Source: a virus
Taxonomy: Duplodnaviria > Caudoviricetes
Reading direction: 5' to 3' (one strand)
Virus record (IMG/VR): IMGVR_UViG_3300038673_000984
Location: 1 to 46,271 of that record
DNA length: 46,271 bases
The position numbers and the translations under genes are program-made. The notes beneath the pieces were generated by a model. It had not been told where the DNA came from, did no database searches, and saw only the letters and a program-made list of their open reading frames with translations. The first letter of the stretch is position 1; each line of letters begins with the position of its first letter. This document shows positions 9,169 to 18,977 of the stretch, in pieces.

Positions 9169-10654
9169 ATTTCTTCATGGATCCCCTAATAGCTCCATTA
9201 CGAGCGACATTTTCCGTAACAAGCCCGTGAATCGCTTCTTTATTTTGATATAACATCGAAACAAACGACTTCGCGTCATTCGCATAAATATAATAGTTCA
9301 CTACAGTTTCTCCGCCGCCGATCGATTTGCCTCTATTTAACTGCTCGAAGTTTGAACGCCCTAATGCAGACATACCGCGCCGGGATAAAACTCCTTCACC
9401 GGTTTGCGCTATGATCGGCACCTCATCAACTGCCAGTCCGGAATGGGCACGAATAACACCGCCTTTATGAAATGTCATCCCTAATAAGTTAAAAGCCGGA
9501 TTTATACGGCCAAGAGTTGCGCTAATAACATATTGAGCGGCTACCTGCTTTAAAGTGCTGAGTATTGCACTACCAGCTTCAGAAACAAAATCTTTAAAAC
9601 TTGTCATATTGTTGGCCAGCGAATCGGAAAGATCTCCAGCTATGCTCTTTAAGGTTTGGTTCAGAACTGATTTTTGCTGTCGGATCGCTTCCTGTCCTTT
9701 TTTAAACTCATTTACCATCTCACCGGAAGTGCCGAATTTCCTTTTAAACTCTTCAAGCGCAGCCTGGTCACGAAGCTCCATTGCAGCATAGGTCTGCCCT
9801 TGAGCTTCCAATCTATCAGCTTGCATTTTCTTGATCTGGGTCAATCGTTCACTATCCAAACTCTTTTCAAAAGCGGCCTGGTACGCTTTTACTTGCTGTT
9901 CATCCGCGCCGGCCTGACGATATAACGCAACCTCTTCGATCATTTTTTGACGCTTAAACTCAAATGCGCTCAAAGTTAATTGATCTGTTTTAGTTTTAAT
10001 TTCCGCGGTTAATTGAAGAGCCTGAATGCTATTTTGTTTAAATTCTTGAGTGCGTTCTTTTATTTGCTTATCGGTTAATTCTGTCGCCTTTTTATATGTA
10101 GCTCTTACTTCTTCTGTGGTTAATTCCCGTCCAAGACGTCTTCGCTCTTCTTGCTGAATATTGAAGGCATTACCAGAAATAGTATCGTTTCTTTTCCAGT
10201 TACCACGAGCATTGGCAATAGTGCTTTGCAATTTACTCCATTGCTTTTTAAACCAGTTACCGGACTCAGCATCTGCTAATGCCGCAGCTCTCGCACCCGG
10301 AGAGTCTAAATTAGTACCATACGCTTTTTTTGAAAGCTCCTCAGTCGATATTCCCAAACGGATCGATAACTTATCGACTTCAGATAGCTTGTCTGAAACC
10401 TCTGAAATTACTTTTGAATAACCGGCCCATACAGCTGTTCCAACAGCGACCAATCCGGTAACACGCATAAAATTGGCACGAAGATCTGTTAAAGGTTTTA
10501 ACGAGTCACGCACATTCTTATTAAACCCACCCATTTGTTTATTGGATGTACGTGTTTGAGAATCCAGTTTTTTAAACGATTTATGAATATCGTTCAGTTT
10601 ATACGTGATCTCATCTTTTAGGCGGGCGACTATTTCAAGTTCACGATCGGTCAT
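9161..10654 (-). CDS. Tape measure protein (short)
   Basis: Helical, Ala/Gln/Lys-rich; C-terminal FHKGG...DEVPIIAQTGEGVL; follows the chaperone pair. Confidence 0.85.
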   Translation of the reverse strand: MTDRELEIVARLKDEITYKLNDIHKSFKKLDSQTRTSNKQMGGFNKNVRDSLKPLTDLRANFMRVTGLVAVGTAVWAGYSKVISEVSDKLSEVDKLSIRLGISTEELSKKAYGTNLDSPGARAAALADAESGNWFKKQWSKLQSTIANARGNWKRNDTISGNAFNIQQEERRRLGRELTTEEVRATYKKATELTDKQIKERTQEFKQNSIQALQLTAEIKTKTDQLTLSAFEFKRQKMIEEVALYRQAGADEQQVKAYQAAFEKSLDSERLTQIKKMQADRLEAQGQTYAAMELRDQAALEEFKRKFGTSGEMVNEFKKGQEAIRQQKSVLNQTLKSIAGDLSDSLANNMTSFKDFVSEAGSAILSTLKQVAAQYVISATLGRINPAFNLLGMTFHKGGVIRAHSGLAVDEVPIIAQTGEGVLSRRGMSALGRSNFEQLNRGKSIGGGETVVNYYIYANDAKSFVSMLYQNKEAIHGLVTENVARNGAIRGSMKKYA

Positions 10655-10968
10655 TTTTGATTAGCCTTTTTCTGGATCTGCTCTGCTTTTTCAGTTTCGA
10701 TCAGAGCAATTTCTTTATTGATACAACTAAAGACTTGAAGCAATTTAGCGGATTGATTCTGCCATCCCCCGGGAGAAGGATAATGCCCTTTACTTTCATA
10801 AAAATCATGGGCAGTGATATAAGCAAAGCTTTGTTTAGTTATTTTCTCGAGAATACAACCTTTAATAGCTTCACCAGAGATACCCTCATCGAACTGCCAT
10901 AATCTGTTTTTACATTTTTCCGGGCATTTACTGTGATCGAATCTTGATCTCAGGCAATCCGGCTTCAT
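10651..10968 (-). CDS. Tail assembly chaperone gpT-like part (-1 frame of gpG)
   Basis: Frame is open from the slippery site at 11001-11007; GHYPSPGGWQNQS motif. Confidence 0.75.
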   Translation of the reverse strand: MKPDCLRSRFDHSKCPEKCKNRLWQFDEGISGEAIKGCILEKITKQSFAYITAHDFYESKGHYPSPGGWQNQSAKLLQVFSCINKEIALIETEKAEQIQKKANQK

Positions 10969-10997
10969 TTCTGAATAATAAAGCCAGACTGCCAGTT

Positions 10998-11402
10998 TTA
11001 GTTTTTTGCTTCGGTCTCGCTTAATTTGTTGTGTTTATCAATAGCATTTGCCAATTCAAACATCAGATCTAAGTCGATTACGTTTAATACTTTGTCTGCG
11101 ACTCCCGAATACTTTTCTTGTCCGATATACGAATCTTCGAACTCTATTTTTATCGGCGCATTAGTGACAGGATCTATAAGATTCTCAAGTGATTTAAGGC
11201 CAAATTTAACTTTTAACCTCGCCCTGCGGTTGTAATCAATACGGGAAGACATATTATCTTCGAGCACCATTGTTATATCTTCGATATGCCCGTTTAAAAA
11301 CGAATCCAAAACCCCTAATTGGAAAACAGTAGGGTTATTTTTATCAGGATCGTTCGGCGATCTATATAAAAACACTTCGTTCACATTTATTGCTTTAAAC
11401 AT
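10998..11402 (-). CDS. Tail assembly chaperone gpG-like
   Basis: Between tube and TMP; ends LSETEAKN with A-AAA-AAC heptamer. Confidence 0.8.
   Translation of the reverse strand: MFKAINVNEVFLYRSPNDPDKNNPTVFQLGVLDSFLNGHIEDITMVLEDNMSSRIDYNRRARLKVKFGLKSLENLIDPVTNAPIKIEFEDSYIGQEKYSGVADKVLNVIDLDLMFELANAIDKHNKLSETEAKN
11001..11007 (-). other. Programmed -1 frameshift site A AAA AAC
   Basis: X XXY YYZ heptamer directly before TAA; -1 frame reads LKLAVWLYYSE into the ATG at 10968. Confidence 0.8.
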
Positions 11403-11444
11403 ACTTCCTCCGATTTATAAGATTAAAACTACTATTTGACTCTT

Positions 11445-12596
11445 TTACAAACAGAGCAAAGCCCAGGAGTCATTTTTAGTGGTCAATGATCCGTTTAGCT
11501 GAAAATCTGCCTGGACGATAGCAAGTCCGTCCCTGCTCCCCGGTTTAATATTGGTGTATTGCATTTTAGGAGCATAGAACTCAAATTTATTGCCGGCTAC
11601 GGTCCCCCAAGGTATCCTTAATTCCATTTGCGTCATATCTTCGAGCTTTGTATAAAAATCATGCTCCGATACGGCAACTAAAAGCGGATCCATAGTTCCG
11701 GTAACTTTCCGGTTTGTTATCTGGAAAGATTTGATTCCTCTAGCGGAACCGGGATCATCAACATCTTTTAAAGTTGCCTCAGCGTTTATTTCGATCGTTG
11801 AGAACTTTGGAGTGAATGAATCGACATAAACCGGACTATTCATCAATTTTGGATAAGTAGGGACCGACAAACCAGTGCCGGTGGTAAAAAGAGCTTGATC
11901 AGCAACCCCATCAAATACACCGGAAAATTCAAGAGCAGCCATAACCCTGCGGCCGGTGGGGAAGGTCAGCTTCCATTTACCGCGTGCGCCGCGCAATTTT
12001 TTCAGATGCTCATGGTTATTTGCGGATAAAGACATTGACGGTACCGAATCAACAATAGGTTCATAAACAAACCCTGCCGCAGTTGCGACGGAAGAAGTTG
12101 TCGCGGTCGCGCCTGACGTTCCTCCGGTCAGAACTTCACCTGATTGAAAGGTACCGGAGAGAACAACGGCATAAAGAATGGTCGTTCCGGTAGTTGTTTT
12201 CTTTATGACACGGCCGGTTGCGTTAGAAGTTCCACCGGTAACGGTTTCCCCATGTTGAAATGGTCCGCCTGTGATAGCCCCGATCGTCAAAGAAGACAAA
12301 ACACTTTCGCCTGCGCCGCACGCGCGGAAATATTTACCGAATTTTGGTTGCGTGGCTACAGATCCAGATCCATAACAACCGAAGTTAAGTGCCAATGATC
12401 CGGGTATTTTACCTATCAACAAAGGAAGTGAATCAAAGCTGTCCCTTGCGGGATTGGACTCCTCCGTATCGGGCGCTATTTCAACTTCCGGATTTTCCGC
12501 CAGAAGATCCACATCTCCCGCGTCTAATGTTTCTGCTACACCTTCGCTGGCTTCTATGGCACCGGCCACCTGGCGTATTTCGGCTAATTTCGTCAT
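11445..12596 (-). CDS. Major tail tube protein with inserted repeat domain
   Basis: 383 aa; ITNRKVTGTMDP and GTVAGNKFEFYAPK tube motifs; no sheath gene in the window. Confidence 0.8.
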   Translation of the reverse strand: MTKLAEIRQVAGAIEASEGVAETLDAGDVDLLAENPEVEIAPDTEESNPARDSFDSLPLLIGKIPGSLALNFGCYGSGSVATQPKFGKYFRACGAGESVLSSLTIGAITGGPFQHGETVTGGTSNATGRVIKKTTTGTTILYAVVLSGTFQSGEVLTGGTSGATATTSSVATAAGFVYEPIVDSVPSMSLSANNHEHLKKLRGARGKWKLTFPTGRRVMAALEFSGVFDGVADQALFTTGTGLSVPTYPKLMNSPVYVDSFTPKFSTIEINAEATLKDVDDPGSARGIKSFQITNRKVTGTMDPLLVAVSEHDFYTKLEDMTQMELRIPWGTVAGNKFEFYAPKMQYTNIKPGSRDGLAIVQADFQLNGSLTTKNDSWALLCL

Positions 12597-12605
12597 TTAG
12601 TCCTC

Positions 12606-13073
12606 CTATGTTTGAGAGTATGGATCAAATCTGTTGTGGGAATAGTTAATCCCGATAGTTATCGCTATTACAGACGAGCCCTGACCTTCTACCGCTCCGT
12701 ATGGAACGCTTCCTTGCCAAAGAGTATTATCAGCGTAACCTCCACGAGTGATATCAACCATTAAAGCTTTTTCAACATCACCAACCAGGCTGGAAAAATA
12801 TTCATCGATCGTTTTCGTGTCTGTTGGTGTTCGTCTTGTCCAGATATCTATTACCACTGTAAGATCGCAATCAGTAAGCGGATGAACAGCTCGTTTTTTA
12901 TCTTCCGGACCGGCGCCCATGACGATAAATGGAACATCTTTCATATTTTCCGGATTAACATCATTTAACCGATAAACGTTTTGAATGGTATTTTCATACC
13001 CGTTATCAACTGTAATTCCTTCCAGCGTAGACTTGATATTCTTTAATATGAGTTCACGAATTGTATCGGGCAT
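12606..13073 (-). CDS. Tail terminator-like protein
   Basis: Synteny; TIRELIL...TRGGYA pattern. Confidence 0.65.
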   Translation of the reverse strand: MPDTIRELILKNIKSTLEGITVDNGYENTIQNVYRLNDVNPENMKDVPFIVMGAGPEDKKRAVHPLTDCDLTVVIDIWTRRTPTDTKTIDEYFSSLVGDVEKALMVDITRGGYADNTLWQGSVPYGAVEGQGSSVIAITIGINYSHNRFDPYSQT

Positions 13074-13074
13074 T

Positions 13075-13737
13075 TTATGACCTCAAAGCTTCATCCATTG
13101 CTTTAAGCATGATCTCGTATCTTCTGTCCTTATGCGCCACCCATGTACCGTAAAAACCAAGTCTAGGCTTAACATCAATACTATGTACTAACTTAAATAA
13201 CCGCTCCGGCTTCATACCCTCGCGCTTTTTACCGAAAAATGCTTTTCCGTTTTTTTGTTTGAACAAAACAAGATTATTAGCATCCACAATCGACTGAAAT
13301 GATCCTTTGACCGCCAGCATTTCTTTTGCTTTCCGGTTTACTGGTATCGGCATTCCTTTTTCACTTTTTATAGTTCCGCCTCGCTCAAGCATTCCTGCCA
13401 CGCGCGATGTAGTCCACATTTCAACCTTCATCTTTAAAGGATCTTCGGCCGCATCAGCGATCTTCGTAGTTGTTTGATATTGTGTCCCGCCAACACGTAC
13501 GGTTACGCGCATGTCATTAATAACAAATACCCGCCTGAATCTATGAAAAAGTCCGCCATGCGTTGAATTAACCCCCGGCCGGCCTCGCAACCGGGTTTTA
13601 TAAAATTCCTTATAAAAACTCCGCGTCGCATGGTCCATACCGTCGGCCATTTTCATGCGATAATTCTTTGAAAATCTCTTTATACCGGCCTGAACCTGCG
13701 GAAAATTTCCTGTAAATAAAAGTTCGCCTTCTTCCAT
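13075..13737 (-). CDS. Tail completion / neck protein (gpZ / HK97-gp10-like)
   Basis: Basic 220-aa protein; ERGGTIK, MPIP, LFKLVHSIDVKPR; synteny. Confidence 0.6.
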   Translation of the reverse strand: MEEGELLFTGNFPQVQAGIKRFSKNYRMKMADGMDHATRSFYKEFYKTRLRGRPGVNSTHGGLFHRFRRVFVINDMRVTVRVGGTQYQTTTKIADAAEDPLKMKVEMWTTSRVAGMLERGGTIKSEKGMPIPVNRKAKEMLAVKGSFQSIVDANNLVLFKQKNGKAFFGKKREGMKPERLFKLVHSIDVKPRLGFYGTWVAHKDRRYEIMLKAMDEALRS

Positions 13738-13738
13738 T

Positions 13739-14080
13739 TTATTTCTGCAGCAGTAAATGCCACATCCCTTCGTCCTGGCTTAAAATATCGATCACAAGAT
13801 ATTCAACATCCGGACCGCCGATAGTTTCCGGGATAAACAATCTATCCTGGCCTTTAATGACACTCGCCATGCCGAGATCTTCGCTATTCGGAATTGATAC
13901 TTCCATCTGCCCGACCAAAGTACGGCCGGAATCTTCATTTGCCGGAGAGATCCTTTGACGATTTACCATGACAGATACAGCCTTGGATATCCCAGACTGC
14001 ACATAAGTGCCTTCCTCGCCGAACTCATTAAGATTAGATATAGCGGCCATATCTCTGGCCATCTGATCCTTAAAAGACAT
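13739..14080 (-). CDS. Head-tail joining protein (gpFII-like)
   Basis: MSFKDQMARD...NLNEFGE N-terminus; follows the capsid gene. Confidence 0.7.
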   Translation of the reverse strand: MSFKDQMARDMAAISNLNEFGEEGTYVQSGISKAVSVMVNRQRISPANEDSGRTLVGQMEVSIPNSEDLGMASVIKGQDRLFIPETIGGPDVEYLVIDILSQDEGMWHLLLQK

Positions 14081-14084
14081 CGTT

Positions 14085-14121
14085 TAAAATATCCGGAGAG
14101 CGTTGCAGCGCCCTCCGGATA
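14085..14121 (-). terminator. Hairpin/terminator after the major capsid gene
   Basis: TATCCGGAGGGCGCT-GCAA-CGCTCTCCGGATA-TTTT on the minus strand. Confidence 0.65.
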
Positions 14122-14143
14122 CCCTTGCATCTGCCGGTTAGAA

Positions 14144-15097
14144 TTAGCGGACTTTTAAAAGATGACCGAAGTAAGCGTCAACTGCGACTTCATCAACATG
14201 CTGACGTACACGGAAAACTTCAGAACGAACATTCTCTTCCCGATATGATTCAACGGTTTGATTTTCAGGGCTGTCACCTTTCCAGAGAACAGTACGGCCA
14301 ACAGCCGGAGCCAACAAATCGTTGTCTTCAGGTATGTAGGCAATTAATGAATAGGTAGGACTCCACACTTCAGCTCCAACAAAAGCTTTTCCTTCTTTTG
14401 CAGAATTGTATATGGCCATACCTACGATCACCTTTTGCACACCGAGAATAGCCGAAAGCATGCCTTTGATGACTGCTTCTGTTTTATCCTTGGTGCTGCC
14501 AATAGCGGCTTTTATAGCAGTGTTCTCGAGCAAATAATCAAGATTGGATTTACTCATTACAACGGCGTTTGGTTCTACGCCTGTATTCTGACGTACTTTT
14601 TCTCTTGCTGCTCTGACCTGACCGATAACATCGCTGGCCGCTGCGGTCCATGGCGCAGCAGAAACATCGGTATACAGACTTGCTCCGGTGAAAGTTGTTG
14701 TGCTAAAAGCTGCCGCTGCGATGCGGACTTCTTGCGACATAAGAAGTTTATCGCCGACCGTCTTCACCGTAACAAACTCTGCGTCAAAATCGGTTTTATA
14801 CAGGTTTCTTTGTGAGTCATCCAAAGGACCTTCCAAACCATGCTCTTCACAAGCAAAGGGAATATCCTTGGTATCAAACCCATCCCGGCTATACTTCGAA
14901 CCTGCAGCGCGTTTTGTAGTAACAACGCGAGTTGTACTTTCTCTTGTGATCGCAGGGAAAACACCGGATTGTTTTTCTGAAGGGATTAAGGGGAAAACCT
15001 TTAACCCAACAAACCTATTTTGATCAGCAACATACTCCATAAAGGCCCGGCCAAGTTCTACACGCGGCGTGGCTCTCACATCAGTTCTTCCAATCAT
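14144..15097 (-). CDS. Major capsid protein (lambda gpE-like)
   Basis: 317 aa, strong AAGGAGG RBS, follows protease and decoration genes. Confidence 0.85.
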   Translation of the reverse strand: MIGRTDVRATPRVELGRAFMEYVADQNRFVGLKVFPLIPSEKQSGVFPAITRESTTRVVTTKRAAGSKYSRDGFDTKDIPFACEEHGLEGPLDDSQRNLYKTDFDAEFVTVKTVGDKLLMSQEVRIAAAAFSTTTFTGASLYTDVSAAPWTAAASDVIGQVRAAREKVRQNTGVEPNAVVMSKSNLDYLLENTAIKAAIGSTKDKTEAVIKGMLSAILGVQKVIVGMAIYNSAKEGKAFVGAEVWSPTYSLIAYIPEDNDLLAPAVGRTVLWKGDSPENQTVESYREENVRSEVFRVRQHVDEVAVDAYFGHLLKVR

Positions 15098-15169
15098 TTA
15101 TTCCTCCTTGTTAAAACCCATTTAAAATGTTTAACGTACAAATTTACTTTCCACCTACGAAACCATTCA

Positions 15170-15901
15170 TTAAGCAACAGGAATGGCGAGAATGAACAAC
15201 TCTATATCAGCTGATGCGGCGGACGATTCAACGGTTATATCTGCACCGGAAGCGACTTCCTGTTGGGCCTCCACAAGACTTGCAGCGCGTACTATCGCAT
15301 CTACCGTTACACCTTTAGCAAGAACAGCGGTTGATATGGATGTCCCTGCGTTTTTAACAGTAATGTTTGCAGCCGTATTATCGATCGCTTTGATCCACCA
15401 ATCGATAATGCGGAGTTTACGAGTAGTCGTGGCAACTGCTATCGGAGTGGGAACTGCATCGAAATTACACACCTTCCGGATCAATATCGGTAGAACCCCT
15501 TTATTTGCCTCCTCGGTTACAACCATATTTGCACCAATCGCTCCAGCTGCACCGTTGTTCTGTAAACATTCGATAATATCACCGTCAGCGGTAGCAGCTT
15601 CTAAGGCTATGCCTTGAGCTGTACCATTTACAGCGTCGTCGATCTTTCCATCCGCGGCCCCGTAAATAACTGCATTTAACGCAACCGGTCCTGCTGCTAC
15701 CATTTTGTAACTTTGGACTGATGTGCGTAATTCAACGGCAACCTGATCACCGCTGGCAACTTTTTCCAGAGTGATACCAATAAATTCTTCACCTGCACCC
15801 GCATAAATTACGGTAAAAGATGCGGATAACTTTACGCGGCGAAAAGCTTCAAGAGCTGCTCCGGCGGTAAATGTCATTGGACTCTTAGATACTTTACTCA
15901 T
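15170..15901 (-). CDS. Head decoration / capsid cement protein (DUF2190-like) with C-terminal extension
   Basis: GIALEAATADGDIIE motif; about 125 extra C-terminal residues. Confidence 0.75.
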   Translation of the reverse strand: MSKVSKSPMTFTAGAALEAFRRVKLSASFTVIYAGAGEEFIGITLEKVASGDQVAVELRTSVQSYKMVAAGPVALNAVIYGAADGKIDDAVNGTAQGIALEAATADGDIIECLQNNGAAGAIGANMVVTEEANKGVLPILIRKVCNFDAVPTPIAVATTTRKLRIIDWWIKAIDNTAANITVKNAGTSISTAVLAKGVTVDAIVRAASLVEAQQEVASGADITVESSAASADIELFILAIPVA

Positions 15902-15951
15902 TGCAATGCCTCCTTTAAACTTTGGTTAAAATACATATTTTTCACGACTAT

Positions 15952-16401
15952 TTACTTGCCTAAACTACGTTTTGGAGAAACAGCGCGCATAGCATCAGCA
16001 AAGCTGCATTTATGCTCTTTTTGGTAATCCTCGGCTTTGGTGACGAGATCATCTTTTGTTTGATGCTCTGCATCAGGTCCGGGGACTTTATTACCGTTCT
16101 GGGCTACATCATCCAGCCGTTTCTTACGCATACCGGCTAAAGATGCATCGAGCGTTTTGCCCTGTTCGATCGCTTCTTCGGTTAAAGCTTCCATGCCCAT
16201 ACCTTTAAACTCGGTATTGGCAGCTTTAACGATCGCGGCAGCACGTTCGCGTTCTTCTTTAACGCCTGCTGTTTTCCCCTCTGCCATTCCGGCAGCTTTT
16301 CCCTCTTCGACACCTGCGGCTTTACCTTCAGCAATCAATGTATTGCAAAGGTCAGGCCGGCCGACGCGCAGCTGATCTATTGAAAGATCTTTCAAATCCA
16401 T
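15952..16401 (-). CDS. Nested scaffold protein (Nu3-like), in-frame internal start
   Basis: AGGAGGGG RBS before in-frame ATG (MDLKDL); EGKAAG repeats, ERER motif. Confidence 0.65.
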   Translation of the reverse strand: MDLKDLSIDQLRVGRPDLCNTLIAEGKAAGVEEGKAAGMAEGKTAGVKEERERAAAIVKAANTEFKGMGMEALTEEAIEQGKTLDASLAGMRKKRLDDVAQNGNKVPGPDAEHQTKDDLVTKAEDYQKEHKCSFADAMRAVSPKRSLGK

Positions 16402-17337
16402 GGTATTCCCCTCCTGTTTTGAGTTATCCGCAGTTTCTTGCGGTTTTTTAGATATGTTTTGTATGTCAACGTCTTCTTTACCTTCGACGGATACTCGGAT
16501 TTTTTTATTCTGATTTGCTCCAGCGGAGATCGCCGATTCGATCTCATCTATGCCATCAATAAGCCCGGCATCAAGTGCCTGCCTACCTATATGAACCCGG
16601 CCGTCTGCTAATTTCTTGGCCTCATCAATTGAAATTCCCTGATTCTTTGCGACAGCCTCAATAAATAGCTCATAGTAAGTGTTAACTTCTGTCTGGACTA
16701 TCGCCCGGTCTTCAGCTGAAAAGTAACGATCAGGATGTCCTGTAGCTTTAAACGATCCGGCCCGGACTACATCCGTTCTTATTCCGTCGTTGTGATTCTG
16801 GACTGTGTAATCACTTATTACAGCAAATACACCTATAGAACCGACTTCGGTCGCTTTGGTAGCGTAGATCTTGTCAGCTGCTGATCCTATCCAATACGCA
16901 GCCGAGCACATCTGCCCGCTTGCGTACGCATGGATCGGTTTTCTACCGCGTGAGCTGTAAATAAATTCAGCCAGTTCAGGTGTTCCATCAACACTGCCGC
17001 CGGGACTGTCTATATCGAGCAAGATCTGCTTAACATTGGGATCCTCTAAAGCTTCCTTCATTTGGTTCCTGATCCCTTGAGTGGAAGCTCCTCCACAAAG
17101 CATCTTGAACCACGTCATACGTTTTGAAATAATACCGTATATCGGAATGATCGCGCTCCCGTCGACAACTTCATAAGAAGCATCTTCTTTTTTGTTATCA
17201 CCGATCCGGGCCTGTATATCTTCGATCGAAAGCTTTTCGCCGCGCAAATGACGATCAACGATCTCTTTCATTACTAAGAGAGTTGTTTCATTAACCGCCC
17301 AGGGCCGGGCGAAAAAAGCCTCACTTATTCTTTTCAT
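15952..17337 (-). CDS. S49 head maturation protease fused to scaffold (gpC-like)
   Basis: LDIDSPGG, CSAAYWIGS and VGSIGV motifs. Confidence 0.92.
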   Translation of the reverse strand: MKRISEAFFARPWAVNETTLLVMKEIVDRHLRGEKLSIEDIQARIGDNKKEDASYEVVDGSAIIPIYGIISKRMTWFKMLCGGASTQGIRNQMKEALEDPNVKQILLDIDSPGGSVDGTPELAEFIYSSRGRKPIHAYASGQMCSAAYWIGSAADKIYATKATEVGSIGVFAVISDYTVQNHNDGIRTDVVRAGSFKATGHPDRYFSAEDRAIVQTEVNTYYELFIEAVAKNQGISIDEAKKLADGRVHIGRQALDAGLIDGIDEIESAISAGANQNKKIRVSVEGKEDVDIQNISKKPQETADNSKQEGNTMDLKDLSIDQLRVGRPDLCNTLIAEGKAAGVEEGKAAGMAEGKTAGVKEERERAAAIVKAANTEFKGMGMEALTEEAIEQGKTLDASLAGMRKKRLDDVAQNGNKVPGPDAEHQTKDDLVTKAEDYQKEHKCSFADAMRAVSPKRSLGK

Positions 17338-18976
17338 CTTCTTTGTCCTCCTGCCCGGGATCTTTGCCGTTGTCCGGGTTATTCTCTTTTTCTTTATTTG
17401 GAAAAGATTTATTCACGGCCGGCTTTGTACCGGAGAGTTTTATCCCGTACTTCTCTTCGAGCTCTTTCTTTTTCTTCTCTTCTTTGGCTCTCTGTTCCAA
17501 TATTTCTTCCCAATCATCGCCTTTACCTGCGAGCTCGTCGGACATAGTGGTTAAATTATTATCGATCGCGGTAACGGAAGCATTGGCTTCTTTCTCCGGA
17601 TCTACCCATTTCCAGCCAGGCGCTATCCATCGTGCTTTTATGTATTCGGACCGGTTAGAATAAAAATCCAATATTGGCAATTCACCCATTAAATAAGCCT
17701 CTTCCAGCAATAAAGACCAAATAGGCATACATAAATTACGGATAACAAAGTCCTGTTGTTTCCCAAAAAACCGGTAAGCTTCGATCAAAGCGGCACGCAT
17801 ATTCGAGTAATTCGATTTCGAAAAATCCTTTGCCACTATTTCATAAGGAAGGCCAACACCTGCAGCTGCTTCACGCAAGATCACTTCCATGAATAAGCCA
17901 AAAGTTCCTCCCGGCCGGTTTGGATTAAAAGCGACGATATCTTCACCCGGAAGTAAACGCTTAACGATCCCTGGACTTAATGTTTCCGCGCGTTTTGTAG
18001 TGTCACCGGTTACGGTATTCGGATTAAAGGTATTTGAAAAAGGAACCTCTTTTTTTATAAATACAGCGAAACAAGCGGCAACCCGGGCGGCCACCATTTC
18101 CGATTCCATATAGTCAGCCCGATCTTTAAAAATATTAAGGACCGGTGAGAAGAAAGGCTCACCCCGGCTCTGTCCAGCTCTCTTGACGTGATATAAATGA
18201 TAGATATTCGGATCGCCTAGATCGTTATATGCCGGATAAATGACAAAATTATCCGGGTTATTGCTGGATGAAAATGCGGAGTAGTTATAATCACCCGGAT
18301 GAGTTTTACGGATGTAATATTCGATCGCTTCGCCATAATCGCCTATTTTTATCCCGGATCTCACTGTTTTATCAGCTGTCATTCCGTTCGGAGTGCATAA
18401 CCGGTCTGACTCAACCACCTGTAACGCTAAAGAATAACGACGGCGCCGCTTAGAGTTCTTAACTCTTAAAGGAATAATGATCGATTCACCATTAATGAAC
18501 CTTTGACGCTCTTCCAGTTCTTCGATCTCATAAAAGTTCTGACGATTACCGGCATCCGCGGCAGGAACCCATTCTTTCCAAACCTTTTCTATCTGCTTGG
18601 TTAATTCAAACGCATATTCTTCGCTTATTTTCAGCTCATCTTTATCGATATTACTCTGCGGACGGATCCCGGACCCAATAACATTAGTGACGATCGTCTC
18701 AACAGCTCCGCTCGCAATACCGTCATTGCGCACCAGATCACGGCTTCTTTCCCGCAATTTTGGGAGATCACTTAACAGGTCATAATCAGCCGAACCTCCA
18801 CCAGGCAGCCAATTACCACGCAACCGGCCGCCTTGCGCGCCCCGGTAAGATCCGGTCATCTGTTTAATTGCCCAACGTGCGGCCTGACGCTTTGCTGCTG
18901 CAGCCGGAGAAAAAACAGCGATCGCGTCATCGATCCGGTCGCCTAAAGTTTTCTTATATCCGTTTTGGTTTGCCAT
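17321..18976 (-). CDS. Portal protein, lambda family
   Basis: LRERSRDLVRN, GQSRGEP, NYSNMRAAL and WVDPEKE motifs. Confidence 0.95.
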   Translation of the reverse strand: MANQNGYKKTLGDRIDDAIAVFSPAAAAKRQAARWAIKQMTGSYRGAQGGRLRGNWLPGGGSADYDLLSDLPKLRERSRDLVRNDGIASGAVETIVTNVIGSGIRPQSNIDKDELKISEEYAFELTKQIEKVWKEWVPAADAGNRQNFYEIEELEERQRFINGESIIIPLRVKNSKRRRRYSLALQVVESDRLCTPNGMTADKTVRSGIKIGDYGEAIEYYIRKTHPGDYNYSAFSSSNNPDNFVIYPAYNDLGDPNIYHLYHVKRAGQSRGEPFFSPVLNIFKDRADYMESEMVAARVAACFAVFIKKEVPFSNTFNPNTVTGDTTKRAETLSPGIVKRLLPGEDIVAFNPNRPGGTFGLFMEVILREAAAGVGLPYEIVAKDFSKSNYSNMRAALIEAYRFFGKQQDFVIRNLCMPIWSLLLEEAYLMGELPILDFYSNRSEYIKARWIAPGWKWVDPEKEANASVTAIDNNLTTMSDELAGKGDDWEEILEQRAKEEKKKKELEEKYGIKLSGTKPAVNKSFPNKEKENNPDNGKDPGQEDKEDEKNK

Positions 18977-18977
18977 T

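Noticed and set aside
11445-12596. Contractile tail or tailocin
   Set aside because: No sheath or baseplate wedge genes; a full head module is present
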